This document shows positions 10,040 through 19,679 of a stretch of DNA of 64,000 nucleotides, piece by piece (within the stretch, counting starts at the first letter, position 1; each line of letters begins with the position of its first letter). Location: positions 32,001-96,000 of the forward strand of contig JBAXAI010000010.1 in assembly GCA_037142615.1 (NCBI GenBank), written 5' to 3'. A program made the position numbers and the translations under genes. Origin of the DNA: Spirochaetales bacterium. Lineage in GTDB: Bacteria > Spirochaetota > Spirochaetia > JABEVK01. The notes under the pieces were generated by a model. It was not told the DNA's origin and made no database searches. It was given only the letters and a program-made list of their open reading frames with translations.

Positions 10040-10713
10040 GCCCAGTTCAGCGCCTCGTCGAGCGTGGCGCTGTCGAGCGAAGTCGAGACGGGGCGGTAGC
10101 CGATCATCGACCGCGCGTCGGCGGCCTGCCACAGTTGAAGGGTAAAGGTCAGGTCGGTGAGCACCTCTTCGGGCTTGAAGGCCCCCTTGCGGACCGGCTC
10201 GAAGTGCTGGAACAAGTTGATGCGAGAGCCCTCCTCGCGGGCAAAGAACAGGCCTCCCCACCCCAACTGGTAGGCCGCCTGAAACTTTTCGAGGGCAGCG
10301 TACACCTCACGGGTCTCTTCGACGACGCGCTGACGAAGGCCCGAGCGGCCGCGAGCCTCGAACCGACGCTCCACCTTGAGGTGGTTGACCGGAGTCGTCG
10401 TCACCAGAGTTCCGTCGAACTTGAGCTTGGGCGTTTCGGGTGGCTTGCTGCTCAAAGAAAGCAGGACGTGCCCGTCGGCGTCAAGGTAGTAGAGGTGGAG
10501 CTCGGCAAAGCCTTCGTAGCGGCGGGCCTCGGCGATGGCGACCTGAACTTCGGTCTTGAGAGCGCCCAAAGGATCCGAACCGGCAGGCGGACGACGGGTC
10601 AGCGAAAAGAAAAACAAAGACTTACCTTGAACCACCAACCCAGGTTGGTCGGCCAGATGGATGCCCTGGCGCTCCAACCCCTGGAGGCCGTAACGGGATG
10701 TCAGCGAACTCAT
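10036..10713 (-). CDS. Hypothetical protein
   Basis: 225-aa ORF with host-like codon usage; ATG 6 nt after CAAAAT; no motif recognised. Confidence 0.65.
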   Translation of the reverse strand: MSSLTSRYGLQGLERQGIHLADQPGLVVQGKSLFFFSLTRRPPAGSDPLGALKTEVQVAIAEARRYEGFAELHLYYLDADGHVLLSLSSKPPETPKLKFDGTLVTTTPVNHLKVERRFEARGRSGLRQRVVEETREVYAALEKFQAAYQLGWGGLFFAREEGSRINLFQHFEPVRKGAFKPEEVLTDLTFTLQLWQAADARSMIGYRPVSTSLDSATLDEALNWA

Positions 10714-10749
10714 GCGGCTATTTTGGCACAACCGGCCCTAAAAAGCCAA

Positions 10750-11055
10750 CTATCCGTTCGAACTGCGGGAGCGCTCAAAGACGCCGATCTGGCGGTCCTC
10801 GTTCATGATGTGGAGCAGAAGCCACTCTTGGATGTAGTCGAGGATCAGGTAAGTCGCGGCTCCGTCGAGTTTGTCGAGGCGCTTGAGGAAGGCGGCGTGG
10901 TGGGCCAGGTGCTTCTGCAAAAGTTCGGCCGGATAGCCGATCGACCTCATGTAGGCCTCTTCGTCGGCAAAGTGCGTCACGGCGTAGCTGGCGAGTTCGC
11001 CCATCAGTCGCGGGGTATCGATCTGATGCTCGGGTACCGATTCCACGGCGTTCAT
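10750..11055 (-). CDS. Bacteriohemerythrin-like protein lacking the N-terminal helix
   Basis: HFADEE, GYP...HLAHH, WLLLHIMNED; the first His ligand region (IDxQH) is absent. Confidence 0.7.
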   Translation of the reverse strand: MNAVESVPEHQIDTPRLMGELASYAVTHFADEEAYMRSIGYPAELLQKHLAHHAAFLKRLDKLDGAATYLILDYIQEWLLLHIMNEDRQIGVFERSRSSNG

Positions 11056-11106
11056 ACGCGTTAAGATCAATTCAGGCAAACAGCAAAGCTGGAGGTTCGA
11101 GGACTT

Positions 11107-12495
11107 TTACGCGAAGTTGGCGCTGTTTGCCGCTTCGTAGGGGAAGTCGAGCACGACCGTCGTCCCGTGGCTGCGTTCAAGCTGAAGGTTCGCTCGAAGG
11201 CCCTTGGCCAGCATGGCTACCAACGACAGGCCAAAACCGGTCGAATGTTCAAAGTCGACCCCTTCGGGAAACCCGACACCGTCGTCTGCCACCACCAAAC
11301 GGAGGTGATCGCCATCGGCCTTGAGCGTGACGCTGACTTTGCCGTAGGGTCGTCCGGCGAAGGCGTACTTGTGAACGTTGGTCAGCAGTTCGTTGACAAT
11401 GAGCCCCAGAGACTGCAGCCGCGACGCCGAAAGCGGCACGTCCTCGACCTCGACCGTAACGTTCTTGGTTTCTTCCACCGAGAAGTTGGCCAGGATCTCT
11501 TTGACCAACATCGGCAGGTAGCCCTTGGCCGACAATGCGCCAGGCTCGCCGGAGCGATACAGTTTGTCGTACAGCACCATCATCGCCATCAGGCGGCTTT
11601 CGGCGTCGCGCAGCGGCGGCTCAGCGGACGACCCTGCCACCGAATCAGCCTGCAACACCAGCAGGCCCTTGAGGACGGTCATATTGTTCTTGATGCGGTG
11701 GTGCACTTCGCGCAGGAGGGCATCCTGCGCATTGCGGCGCTCCGTCACGTCGACGAACGTCACTAAGACCTGTTGTTCCTGCCGGCTGCTGTTGTACTGG
11801 GGGATGGCATCGACACTGAGCCAACGGCGGCTTCGGGCAACCGGGTGGTAAACGCCCATGATGGTATTGAGTACGGGCGCGCCGGTGGCGAGGGCCACGG
11901 GAGCCGGATGCTGGGCGCCGGGAAACGGCGAACCGTCCTCGTGGATCACGTTCCACATCGGATCCACCGAGGTTCTTCCCAATACTTGGTCTTCCGAGAG
12001 ACCCAAGAGTTCGAGCGCAGTGGGGTTGGCCTGCAGGATTTCCACCGAGGAATTGTGCACCACCACGCCAACGTTCATGTCGTTGACCAGGGCGCGGAAC
12101 CGCTGTTCGCTGGCAACCAGCGCGGCCTCGGTCTTGACGCGCTCGGTGCAGTCGCGGGCAACGAGCTGAATGGCCGCCTTTCCGTCGAACTCGATCGGCA
12201 TGGTCTTGATTTCGACATGCAGTTCGTTGCCGCCAGGCAGGCGGATGCGTTCCCGAAGCAGCTCCGTGCTGCGTTGTTCCGTGGTCACCTGCGAGATGCG
12301 TTGTTTGACGCGCGAAAGGAAGTCTTTGGGGACAAAAGCGAGAATCGAACGACCCTCGAGTTCCGAACGGGTGCCCAAACCTGAGAGCCTCAGGGCCTCG
12401 TCGTTGGCATAGAGGATGGTCTGCCCGTCATGAACCAGAATGGCGTCGGGAAAGTCGGCCATGAGCTGATCATAGGTGTCATACGTGGTGCCCAT
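11107..12495 (-). CDS. Cytoplasmic PAS-PAS HisKA_2 histidine kinase
   Basis: Two PAS domains, REVHHRIKNN H-box, NELLTN, DDGVG, GFGL. Confidence 0.92.
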   Translation of the reverse strand: MGTTYDTYDQLMADFPDAILVHDGQTILYANDEALRLSGLGTRSELEGRSILAFVPKDFLSRVKQRISQVTTEQRSTELLRERIRLPGGNELHVEIKTMPIEFDGKAAIQLVARDCTERVKTEAALVASEQRFRALVNDMNVGVVVHNSSVEILQANPTALELLGLSEDQVLGRTSVDPMWNVIHEDGSPFPGAQHPAPVALATGAPVLNTIMGVYHPVARSRRWLSVDAIPQYNSSRQEQQVLVTFVDVTERRNAQDALLREVHHRIKNNMTVLKGLLVLQADSVAGSSAEPPLRDAESRLMAMMVLYDKLYRSGEPGALSAKGYLPMLVKEILANFSVEETKNVTVEVEDVPLSASRLQSLGLIVNELLTNVHKYAFAGRPYGKVSVTLKADGDHLRLVVADDGVGFPEGVDFEHSTGFGLSLVAMLAKGLRANLQLERSHGTTVVLDFPYEAANSANFA

Positions 12496-12577
12496 GCAAA
12501 GCCTCTCGCGCTTGAGTCAGCGTAAACCCCGTTGACTAAATCGGTCAAGCAGGGCATCGCCAGAGGGCTCGCAGGAA

Positions 12578-13789
12578 CTACTCCAGGAGAAACTTCACCA
12601 CGGACTGCCGGAAAATCCCGTCGACCACGCCATCGGGCGCGGGATCCAAGGTCAGCACATACTTGGGGTAGTTGTCGGTCAGCTGACGCAGGGGCCGGAA
12701 CTCACGCTCACGGATGGCGTCGTCGGCCAAAAGGTAGGCCACCTGCACATACAGCCGCTCCTCGCCCTTGGTGGCCACGAAGTCGATCTCGAGGTCACCC
12801 CACCGGCCCACCCATACCTGGTAGCCGCGCTTGCGGAGTTCCAAGTAGACCACGTTTTCAAGGTACCGCCCTATGTCGTTGTCACGGTAGCCAAAAAGTG
12901 CATGGCGCAGGCCGAGGTCGGCCAAGTAGTACTTCTCGAACGTCTCGAGCAGGCGTTTGCCCTGGAGGTCGTAGCGGGGAACTTTGTAAAAGACGAAAGC
13001 ACTTTGCAGAAAGGCGAGGTAGTTGTAGACGGTCTCGATGCCCAGGTTCCGCCGCTCGTTCTTGAAGAAGTCGGCGATGCTTCGTGCCGAGATGATGCTG
13101 CCGATGTTGTCGGCAACGTAGGCCAGGAGTTTTTGCAGCAGATGCACGTCGCGCACCTGGTGGCGCATCACGACGTCCTTCAGCACGACACTATCGAGGA
13201 CGGCCGAAAGGTACTGGCGGATCGAATCGGCGCTGAAGTCGAGCCGGTGCAGGCCTGGAAAGCCTCCGGTCTGCAGGAACTCGCCAAAGGCCTCGCTTGT
13301 TGGGCCCACGGGAGGACGGAACACAAGATACTCGCTGAACACAAGGGGGAAGATCGAGAACTCGACGTAACGACCGCTCAGTCGGCTGGCCAATTCGCCC
13401 GAAAGCAAGTCCGAGTTGGAGCCAGTCAGGTAGACATCGGCCACGCCATCCGACAGGAACGAGTTGATCGCTTTTTCCCACGAGGGGATTTCTTGCACCT
13501 CATCGAGGAACAGGTAGAGAGGAACGCCGAGAGCCCGGTACCGCTCCATGACAAAGGAGTGGAGCCGTCGGTAGTCGGTGTAGACGGCGTTCGACAGCGA
13601 CTCCATGTTCAAAAAGACAAGACGTTGCGGATCGACTCCACGCCGCACCAAGCGGTCAGCCACCAAGCGCAGCAGCGAGCTCTTGCCCGACCGGCGGATT
13701 CCGGTCAGCACCTTGATCACCGGCTTGTCGGCGAAGGTCAGCACCCAAGCTTCGTAGGCGTCGCGGACTAGGCTGATCTTGTCGTTCAT
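12578..13789 (-). CDS. AAA_14 ATPase with DUF4143 domain
   Basis: TGIRRSGKS Walker A, FLDEVQ, LTGSN, LSGR, KYYLADLG, EIDFVA, YVQV. Confidence 0.9.
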   Translation of the reverse strand: MNDKISLVRDAYEAWVLTFADKPVIKVLTGIRRSGKSSLLRLVADRLVRRGVDPQRLVFLNMESLSNAVYTDYRRLHSFVMERYRALGVPLYLFLDEVQEIPSWEKAINSFLSDGVADVYLTGSNSDLLSGELASRLSGRYVEFSIFPLVFSEYLVFRPPVGPTSEAFGEFLQTGGFPGLHRLDFSADSIRQYLSAVLDSVVLKDVVMRHQVRDVHLLQKLLAYVADNIGSIISARSIADFFKNERRNLGIETVYNYLAFLQSAFVFYKVPRYDLQGKRLLETFEKYYLADLGLRHALFGYRDNDIGRYLENVVYLELRKRGYQVWVGRWGDLEIDFVATKGEERLYVQVAYLLADDAIREREFRPLRQLTDNYPKYVLTLDPAPDGVVDGIFRQSVVKFLLE

Positions 13790-13844
13790 AGCAGACAAAT
13801 TACATACAATACATGTTTTTGTCTAGCACACCCGACAAATATAA

Positions 13845-15077
13845 TCACCCCCGGTCTACGAGCGAGTCGATGTCGTGCGCCGCCCGATGCAAGGCCCCCG
13901 CGACCGTGTCGGTGCCGAGGTAGGCCTCGCGCAAGGCCTCGGTCCAGCGAGCGGCCACCCTCCGGTAGTTCCGGGCGGGAGTCACGAGCACCTTCCCGCG
14001 CACTTGGGCCAGTTCGCGCGACACGGGCACAAAGTTGCCCCAGGCTTTGGTCAGGGTCTTGAACTCCGCCGAGTCCCAAACGCTGGCACGGGTCGGGTTC
14101 ATGTTCCCTTCGAACGCCGAGCGGAGCAAAAAGGGCGCGCCCGCGGCCCATTCCAGGAACTCCCAGGCGGCTGCCTTCTGCTTCGACTTCGCGTTCATCA
14201 CCAGCGACCACGTCCACTGGTTGGGGGTGCGTTCGCCCGTGGGTCCGGCCGGGGGAAGCGCGTAGCCGAGCGTTCCGACACGGGTGGAGAACTTCGGGTC
14301 CTCGAAGAACGCGACGTAGTGGTCCGAATCGACCAGCAGGCCGTACTGGCCGCGAGCCGCGTCGAGGGCCAGTTCGTACCAGCGCTGGTTGGTCCAGTCG
14401 GGGGGTCCACCAACGCGCAGGGCGTCGATGAAGTCCTCGGTGGCGTGGATTCCGGCCGCAGAATCGATGACACAACGGCCCGAAGCGTCGAAGTCGGTGG
14501 CCCCGTACGACCAGAACTGCGTGGCGTAGCCGGTGTACATGGTGTGCCAGATGTCGACCCCTCGCTGGCCAAAGCCGCGCACGCCCGCCGAAGAGGTGGC
14601 CGCGATCTTCTTGGCCACCGCGAAATAATCGTTCCAATTCTGCGGAACCTCCAGCCCCAGCCGACGGAGCTCTTCGGGCAAATACACCAGGTTGTACGAC
14701 TCGCAGTTGACCGGCAACGCGAGCAAGGGCCCACTACCCAACCGATCACCAAAATGCCCCGTCCAGCGGTTGGCGCGAAGGAGCGTGTCGAAGAAGTCCC
14801 CGAAGCGAAACTCCGCCGAGGCCCCGCCAAGGTACCCGTCAAGGGGCTCGACAAACCCGTCCTTCAGGTGCTCCCAGAGCAAGACAGGACCCGACATATA
14901 CACGTCGGCGGCGTCGGGGCCCTGCAGGTAACGGTGAATGTCGTTCGAGAAGTACTCGTCGGACGAAATGATCTGCGGTATCACGCGGTGGCCGGTTTGG
15001 GCTTCGAACTCAGCCAAGTGTGTCAGGACGCTCGAAACGTAGGCGTCCGTGTCGGGGGCAAAGAATCGGATGTTCAT
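13845..15077 (-). CDS. Family 1 sugar solute-binding protein, apparently without a signal peptide
   Basis: SBP_bac_1-like sequence (ALPVNCE, VPQNWNDY, KQKAAAWEFLEW); GGGAGG SD 4 nt before the ATG at 15077. Confidence 0.8.
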   Translation of the reverse strand: MNIRFFAPDTDAYVSSVLTHLAEFEAQTGHRVIPQIISSDEYFSNDIHRYLQGPDAADVYMSGPVLLWEHLKDGFVEPLDGYLGGASAEFRFGDFFDTLLRANRWTGHFGDRLGSGPLLALPVNCESYNLVYLPEELRRLGLEVPQNWNDYFAVAKKIAATSSAGVRGFGQRGVDIWHTMYTGYATQFWSYGATDFDASGRCVIDSAAGIHATEDFIDALRVGGPPDWTNQRWYELALDAARGQYGLLVDSDHYVAFFEDPKFSTRVGTLGYALPPAGPTGERTPNQWTWSLVMNAKSKQKAAAWEFLEWAAGAPFLLRSAFEGNMNPTRASVWDSAEFKTLTKAWGNFVPVSRELAQVRGKVLVTPARNYRRVAARWTEALREAYLGTDTVAGALHRAAHDIDSLVDRG

Positions 15078-15087
15078 GGTTCCTCCC

Positions 15088-15132
15088 AAAAAAAAGGGGC
15101 CCATCCCCAGGAAACTTCCCCAGGGATGGGCC
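15088..15132 (-). terminator. Intrinsic terminator after rhaS
   Basis: GGCCCATCCC/GGGATGGGCC stem followed by T8 on the minus strand. Confidence 0.85.
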
Positions 15133-15160
15133 AACACAGCGTCAAGCTGCGCAGTTCAGA

Positions 15161-16174
15161 CTAGTACACGGTCTTCCAGTCGGCAATGTTGGTCTTGTCG
15201 AACTTGAAGGGGTCTCCGAGCATGATCTGGGTGCCGTCGCCATCGGCGATGACCGTCTTGTCGCCGAGCTTGCCAGCGGTGACCATGTCGCCCACCTTGC
15301 CGGTGAAAGGACCCTTCACGAGAGCCTGAGCGGCAAAGCCGGCCAGGTAGCCCACGTCGAGGGGGTTCCACAGGTACATCCATTCGCAAGCGCCGCTTTC
15401 AATGTATTCGGCCATTTCCGAAGGCAGACCAAGACCGGTGACCTTCACCTTGCCAATCAGACCCTTGTCGGTGACGACCTTACCAGCGGCGGCAATGCCG
15501 ACCGTCGTGGGGCAAATCACGGCTTTCAGGTTGGGGAAGCTCTTGAGCAGGCCTTCCATTTCGCTGACGCTCTTGTCGCGAAGGTCGTCGCCATAAGCAA
15601 CCTTGACCAGCTTGACCTTGGCGTACTTGGGATCCTTCAGTTCTTCCTTCATCCACTCAATCCAGGCGTTCTGGTTGGTGGCCTGGCTGGTGGCCGACAA
15701 AACGGCGATTTCGCCTTCGCCGCCAATCATGTCGTAAGCAGCCTGAACTTCCACGCGGCCAATGCGTTCCGGGTCGGCCTGGTTGATGTGCACCATGCGA
15801 CTGGCGGCGTTGACGCCGGAGTCAGCCGAAAGCACCTTGATGCCGGCAGCCATGGCCTTCTTCAGGGCGGGTTCCAGCGCGTCTTTGTCGTTGCCGACGA
15901 TACAGATGGCGGCGACTTTCTGGGCAATCAGCTCTTCGATCATGGCGATCTGAGCCTCAGCGGTCGGCTGGTCGGGAGCCTTGAGAATGGCTTCGCCGCC
16001 AAACTCGGCCACGGCATTCTTGTAGCCTTCCATTTCCTTTTCACCGTACGGGTTCCCGGTGTTCTTAAAGATGATGGCGTACTTGGCCGGACCAGCGGGT
16101 GCCGCAGGAGCACACCCGACCAAGAACACCAGAGCAGCCATCGCAACAGCGATCAGTGGAATGAACTTCTTCAA
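15161..16174 (-). CDS. rhaS: Rhamnose ABC transporter substrate-binding lipoprotein
   Basis: KNTGNPY, ILSATSQATNQNAWI-like block, YGDD, TGLGLPSEM, LWNPLDVGY; lipobox LVGC; TTG start after GGAGG. Confidence 0.85.
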   Translation of the reverse strand: MKKFIPLIAVAMAALVFLVGCAPAAPAGPAKYAIIFKNTGNPYGEKEMEGYKNAVAEFGGEAILKAPDQPTAEAQIAMIEELIAQKVAAICIVGNDKDALEPALKKAMAAGIKVLSADSGVNAASRMVHINQADPERIGRVEVQAAYDMIGGEGEIAVLSATSQATNQNAWIEWMKEELKDPKYAKVKLVKVAYGDDLRDKSVSEMEGLLKSFPNLKAVICPTTVGIAAAGKVVTDKGLIGKVKVTGLGLPSEMAEYIESGACEWMYLWNPLDVGYLAGFAAQALVKGPFTGKVGDMVTAGKLGDKTVIADGDGTQIMLGDPFKFDKTNIADWKTVY

Positions 16175-16205
16175 TTCATTTCCCTCCTTTCTTTCTTTCA
16201 TTGCC

Positions 16206-17171
16206 TCAAGGCAATTTCTTACGCGATAATACGTTGGGCATCATGACGGCGATGACCAACAACAGCCCGATAATGATCAGCAAAATCTGCGCAGGCACAT
16301 TGATCAGCCCTAGCCCATAGCGCAGATACCCCAACAGGAACACAGCCAAAACAGCCCCGATGATGCGCCCCTTGCCGCCCGAGGTGCTGATGCCGCCCAA
16401 CACAACCATGGTGATCACCTCGAGTTCGTAACCGGTGGCGACGTTGGGCCTCGTGCTCCCCATGCGGCTGGTGAGGAACAGGGCGGTCACACCCGACATA
16501 AACCCGGTGGCCGTAAACACCAGCATCCGGATGCGGTCGACTTTGATGCCCGAAAACCGGGCCGCCGTCTGGTTGCTTCCCATAGCATACACCCGGCGGC
16601 CGAAGGCCGTCTTGTGCAACACCCAGGCAAAAAGCACGGCGAAGATCACGAACAGGATGAGCATGAAGGGCACTTCGAACACGTAGCCCCACCCCAGGAA
16701 GGTAAACCACGACGGAAAGTGGCCCGAGGATTGGTTTTCGAGCAGGATGTAGGCGATGCCTCGGAAGATGATCATGGTGGCCAGTGTGACGATGACGGCC
16801 GACAATTCCTTGAACCGGGTGATGAGCCAGCCGTTGATGGCGCCACAGACGGTGCCGACCACCAGCGACAGCACGATGGCCAGCGGCATGGGCAGGCCGG
16901 CGTTGAAGGCAATGGCCATCATCACCGACGAAAGTGCCACGATCGACGCCACCGAAATGTCGATGTCGCCCAAGATGATGATGAACACCATCGGCAGCAC
17001 GATGAAAGCCTTGTCGAGAAAGGTCATGGTGACGTCGCGCAGGCCCACCGGGCTCAGGTAGTACGGCGACAGGAACGAGTTGACGACATTGACCAGCACG
17101 AACAGCAGAACGAGCATCCATTCCCACTGGAAGAAAAAGCGTTGGACGGAAAACGGGCGGGTGGCTTCCAT
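16206..17171 (-). CDS. rhaQ: Sugar ABC permease (RhaQ-type)
   Basis: BPD_transp_2 motifs DIDISVAS, GRRVYAMGSN, GYELEVI. Confidence 0.8.
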   Translation of the reverse strand: MEATRPFSVQRFFFQWEWMLVLLFVLVNVVNSFLSPYYLSPVGLRDVTMTFLDKAFIVLPMVFIIILGDIDISVASIVALSSVMMAIAFNAGLPMPLAIVLSLVVGTVCGAINGWLITRFKELSAVIVTLATMIIFRGIAYILLENQSSGHFPSWFTFLGWGYVFEVPFMLILFVIFAVLFAWVLHKTAFGRRVYAMGSNQTAARFSGIKVDRIRMLVFTATGFMSGVTALFLTSRMGSTRPNVATGYELEVITMVVLGGISTSGGKGRIIGAVLAVFLLGYLRYGLGLINVPAQILLIIIGLLLVIAVMMPNVLSRKKLP

Positions 17172-17173
17172 GG

Positions 17174-18151
17174 TCAGATGTTCCTTTTCTGCATCGTGGC
17201 GCGGATGCCCCGGCGTTTCACCAAGGCGTTGATAAGCACGGCGACCAGGATGATGGTGCCCTGAATGAAGGTTTGCCAAAAGGGCGACACGTTGACCAGT
17301 GGCAGCGCATTGTTGAGGATTCCCAGCAAGAGCGCACCGAGCAGAATGCCCGAGATGGTGCCGGTGCCCCCGGCGATGCTCACCCCGCCGAGCACGCAGG
17401 CCGCAATGACGCTGAGCTCAAAGCCCATGGCGGTGTCGCCCTGCGCCGAGGCGAACTTGCTCACCCAAAGCACGCCGGCGAGGCCCGAGAGCCCGCCCAT
17501 GATGGTGTACACCAACAGCAGAATCTTGTTGTTGTTGATGCCGCTCACCTGCGCCGAGTCGGGATTGCTGCCCACCGCGTAGATCTGCCGGCCGGTGCGG
17601 TTCCAGTTCACGAACCACCAACCGGCGATAAAAATGACCACGGCGATCCAAATCAAGGTGTTGATGCCCAAAAAACCGCTCGAGGCGATGGCCTTGAAGC
17701 TGGCCGGCATCTGGTTGGCGCTCACCCACTTGCCACCGCTGACCAAAAACGTGATACCGCGGAACACGTTCATCAGGCCCAAACTGGCGATGATGGGCAG
17801 CACCTTGCCCTTGCTGACCAGCCCGCCCACGGCCGCGCCGCACAGCAGGCCGATGGCGATGGCCAGGGCGATGGCCACCAGCGGGTGGGTGTCTTTCCAC
17901 GCCGAAACGGTTTGTGCGGCGATCATGCCGCTCAGGGCCAGCGTGGCGCCAATGCTCAGGTCGATGCCCCGCGTGATGATGACCAGCATCATGCCCAGCG
18001 CGAGGATGGCGAGGATGGCGGTGTTCTTGGTGAGGTCGGCGATGTTTTCGGCGGTCAAAAAGCTGGGGTTGAGGATTTGCACCAGCGCCGAGAGCGCGAC
18101 GATGAACAAAATGAGCCCGAGGTTGCGCGACGCGCGGCGTGTCTTATCCAT
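17174..18151 (-). CDS. rhaP: Sugar ABC permease (RhaP-type)
   Basis: GIDLSIGA, GRQIYAVGSN, GFELSVIAACVLGG. Confidence 0.8.
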   Translation of the reverse strand: MDKTRRASRNLGLILFIVALSALVQILNPSFLTAENIADLTKNTAILAILALGMMLVIITRGIDLSIGATLALSGMIAAQTVSAWKDTHPLVAIALAIAIGLLCGAAVGGLVSKGKVLPIIASLGLMNVFRGITFLVSGGKWVSANQMPASFKAIASSGFLGINTLIWIAVVIFIAGWWFVNWNRTGRQIYAVGSNPDSAQVSGINNNKILLLVYTIMGGLSGLAGVLWVSKFASAQGDTAMGFELSVIAACVLGGVSIAGGTGTISGILLGALLLGILNNALPLVNVSPFWQTFIQGTIILVAVLINALVKRRGIRATMQKRNI

Positions 18152-19679
18152 TCTGGACTCCTGAAGCTGCGACGGTCGACGCCATGGCGGCTTCGAGAAT
18201 CTTTTCCTGGGTGGCCTCGGCCCGGTCGAGCACCGTGACCAGGCGGCCTTCGCGCATCACGGCAATGCGGTCGCTCATGCCCAGCACTTCGGGCATTTCG
18301 CTCGAGATCATGATGATGCCAAAGCCCTGACAGGCCAGCTCGCCCATGATTTCGTGGATGGCGGCCTTGGCCCCCACGTCGACGCCCTTGGTGGGTTCGT
18401 CGAGGATGATGACCTTGGGCTTGGTGCCCAGCAGCTTGGCCACGATGACCTTTTGCTGGTTTCCGCCCGACAGGGTGTTGGCCAGGGCCGAAATGCCGCC
18501 GGCTTTCACCTTCACCGATTCGGCCAGTTCCTTCACCAGATCGCCTTCCTTCACGTCGTCGAGCCACCACGTGCCCGAGAACTCGTCGATCATGGGCAGG
18601 CTGATGTTGTGGCCGATTTGCCAACTGAGCACCAGGCCCTGCTTCTGGCGGTCTTCGGGCAAGTAGCCGATGCCCAGGCGGATGGCGTCCCACGGGTGGC
18701 GGATGTTGACCAGCTTGCCGCGCACGCGGATCTCGCCGGTATCGGCGGGCAGAATGCCGAACAGGCTTTGGCACACTTCGCTGCGGCCTGCGCCGATGAG
18801 GCCCGTCAGGCCCAGAATCTCGCCCTGCGCCAGCGTGAAGCTGATGCCGCCGAACAGGCCGGTTTTGCCCAGGTTGTCGACGCGCAACAACTCGGCACCA
18901 ATATCGGCCTTTTTCTTCGGGAACAAATGCGTGATCTCGCGCCCAACCATGGCGATGATGAGGTCTTCGGTGGCGATTTCGGCTACGGGCCAGCTGCCGA
19001 TGTAGCGCGAGTCGCGGAACACGGTCACCTGGCTGGCCAGGCGTTCCATGTCTTCAAAGCGGTGGCTGATGAAGATGATCGACACGCCGCTGTCGCGCAG
19101 CTTTTCGGTAATGCGGTACAACTCCTCGCTCTCGCGCTTGGTGAGCGCGGCGGTGGGCTCATCCATGATGATGATGCGGGCCTTGGTCGAAAGGGCCTTG
19201 GCGATCTCGACGATCTGCTGCTGAGCCACCGACAACGTACCCATTTCGGTGTGCGGGTCGAGCGGGCTGCCGAGTTCCAGCAGCAGGGCCTTGGCCTCAG
19301 CGTGCATCTTTTTCCACTGGATGCTGCGCGACACCTTGCTGGTCGCCTCGTGGCCCATGAAGATGTTCTCGGTGACGCTCAGGTCGGGGTAGCAGGTAAC
19401 ATGCTGATAAATCGCGGCAATGCCCAGGCGCTGGGCTTCGCGCGGAGTGGCGATCTTGACCGGCTTGCCCTCCAGCAAAATCTCGCCCTCTTCGGGCTGG
19501 TACACGCCGGTGATGATCTTGATGAAGGTCGACTTGCCGGCGCCGTTTTCGCCCATCAGCGCGTGGATCTGGCCCGGACGCAGTTGAAAGTGCACGTCCT
19601 GCAGGGCGTGGACGCCCGGGAAGCTTTTGCGGATGCCTTTGAGCTCAAGCACGAACTCGGAGCGCGGAATCTCAGACAC
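18144..19679 (-). CDS. rhaT: Sugar ABC ATP-binding protein (RhaT-type, two ABC domains)
   Basis: [34 protein letters not shown]; GTG start overlapping the upstream stop. Confidence 0.85.
   Translation of the reverse strand: MSEIPRSEFVLELKGIRKSFPGVHALQDVHFQLRPGQIHALMGENGAGKSTFIKIITGVYQPEEGEILLEGKPVKIATPREAQRLGIAAIYQHVTCYPDLSVTENIFMGHEATSKVSRSIQWKKMHAEAKALLLELGSPLDPHTEMGTLSVAQQQIVEIAKALSTKARIIIMDEPTAALTKRESEELYRITEKLRDSGVSIIFISHRFEDMERLASQVTVFRDSRYIGSWPVAEIATEDLIIAMVGREITHLFPKKKADIGAELLRVDNLGKTGLFGGISFTLAQGEILGLTGLIGAGRSEVCQSLFGILPADTGEIRVRGKLVNIRHPWDAIRLGIGYLPEDRQKQGLVLSWQIGHNISLPMIDEFSGTWWLDDVKEGDLVKELAESVKVKAGGISALANTLSGGNQQKVIVAKLLGTKPKVIILDEPTKGVDVGAKAAIHEIMGELACQGFGIIMISSEMPEVLGMSDRIAVMREGRLVTVLDRAEATQEKILEAAMASTVAASGVQNG

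Noticed and set aside
12578-13789. AAA_14/DUF4143 gene as a mobile element or defence system
   Set aside because: Solitary common gene; I see no partner genes, terminal repeats or target duplication.
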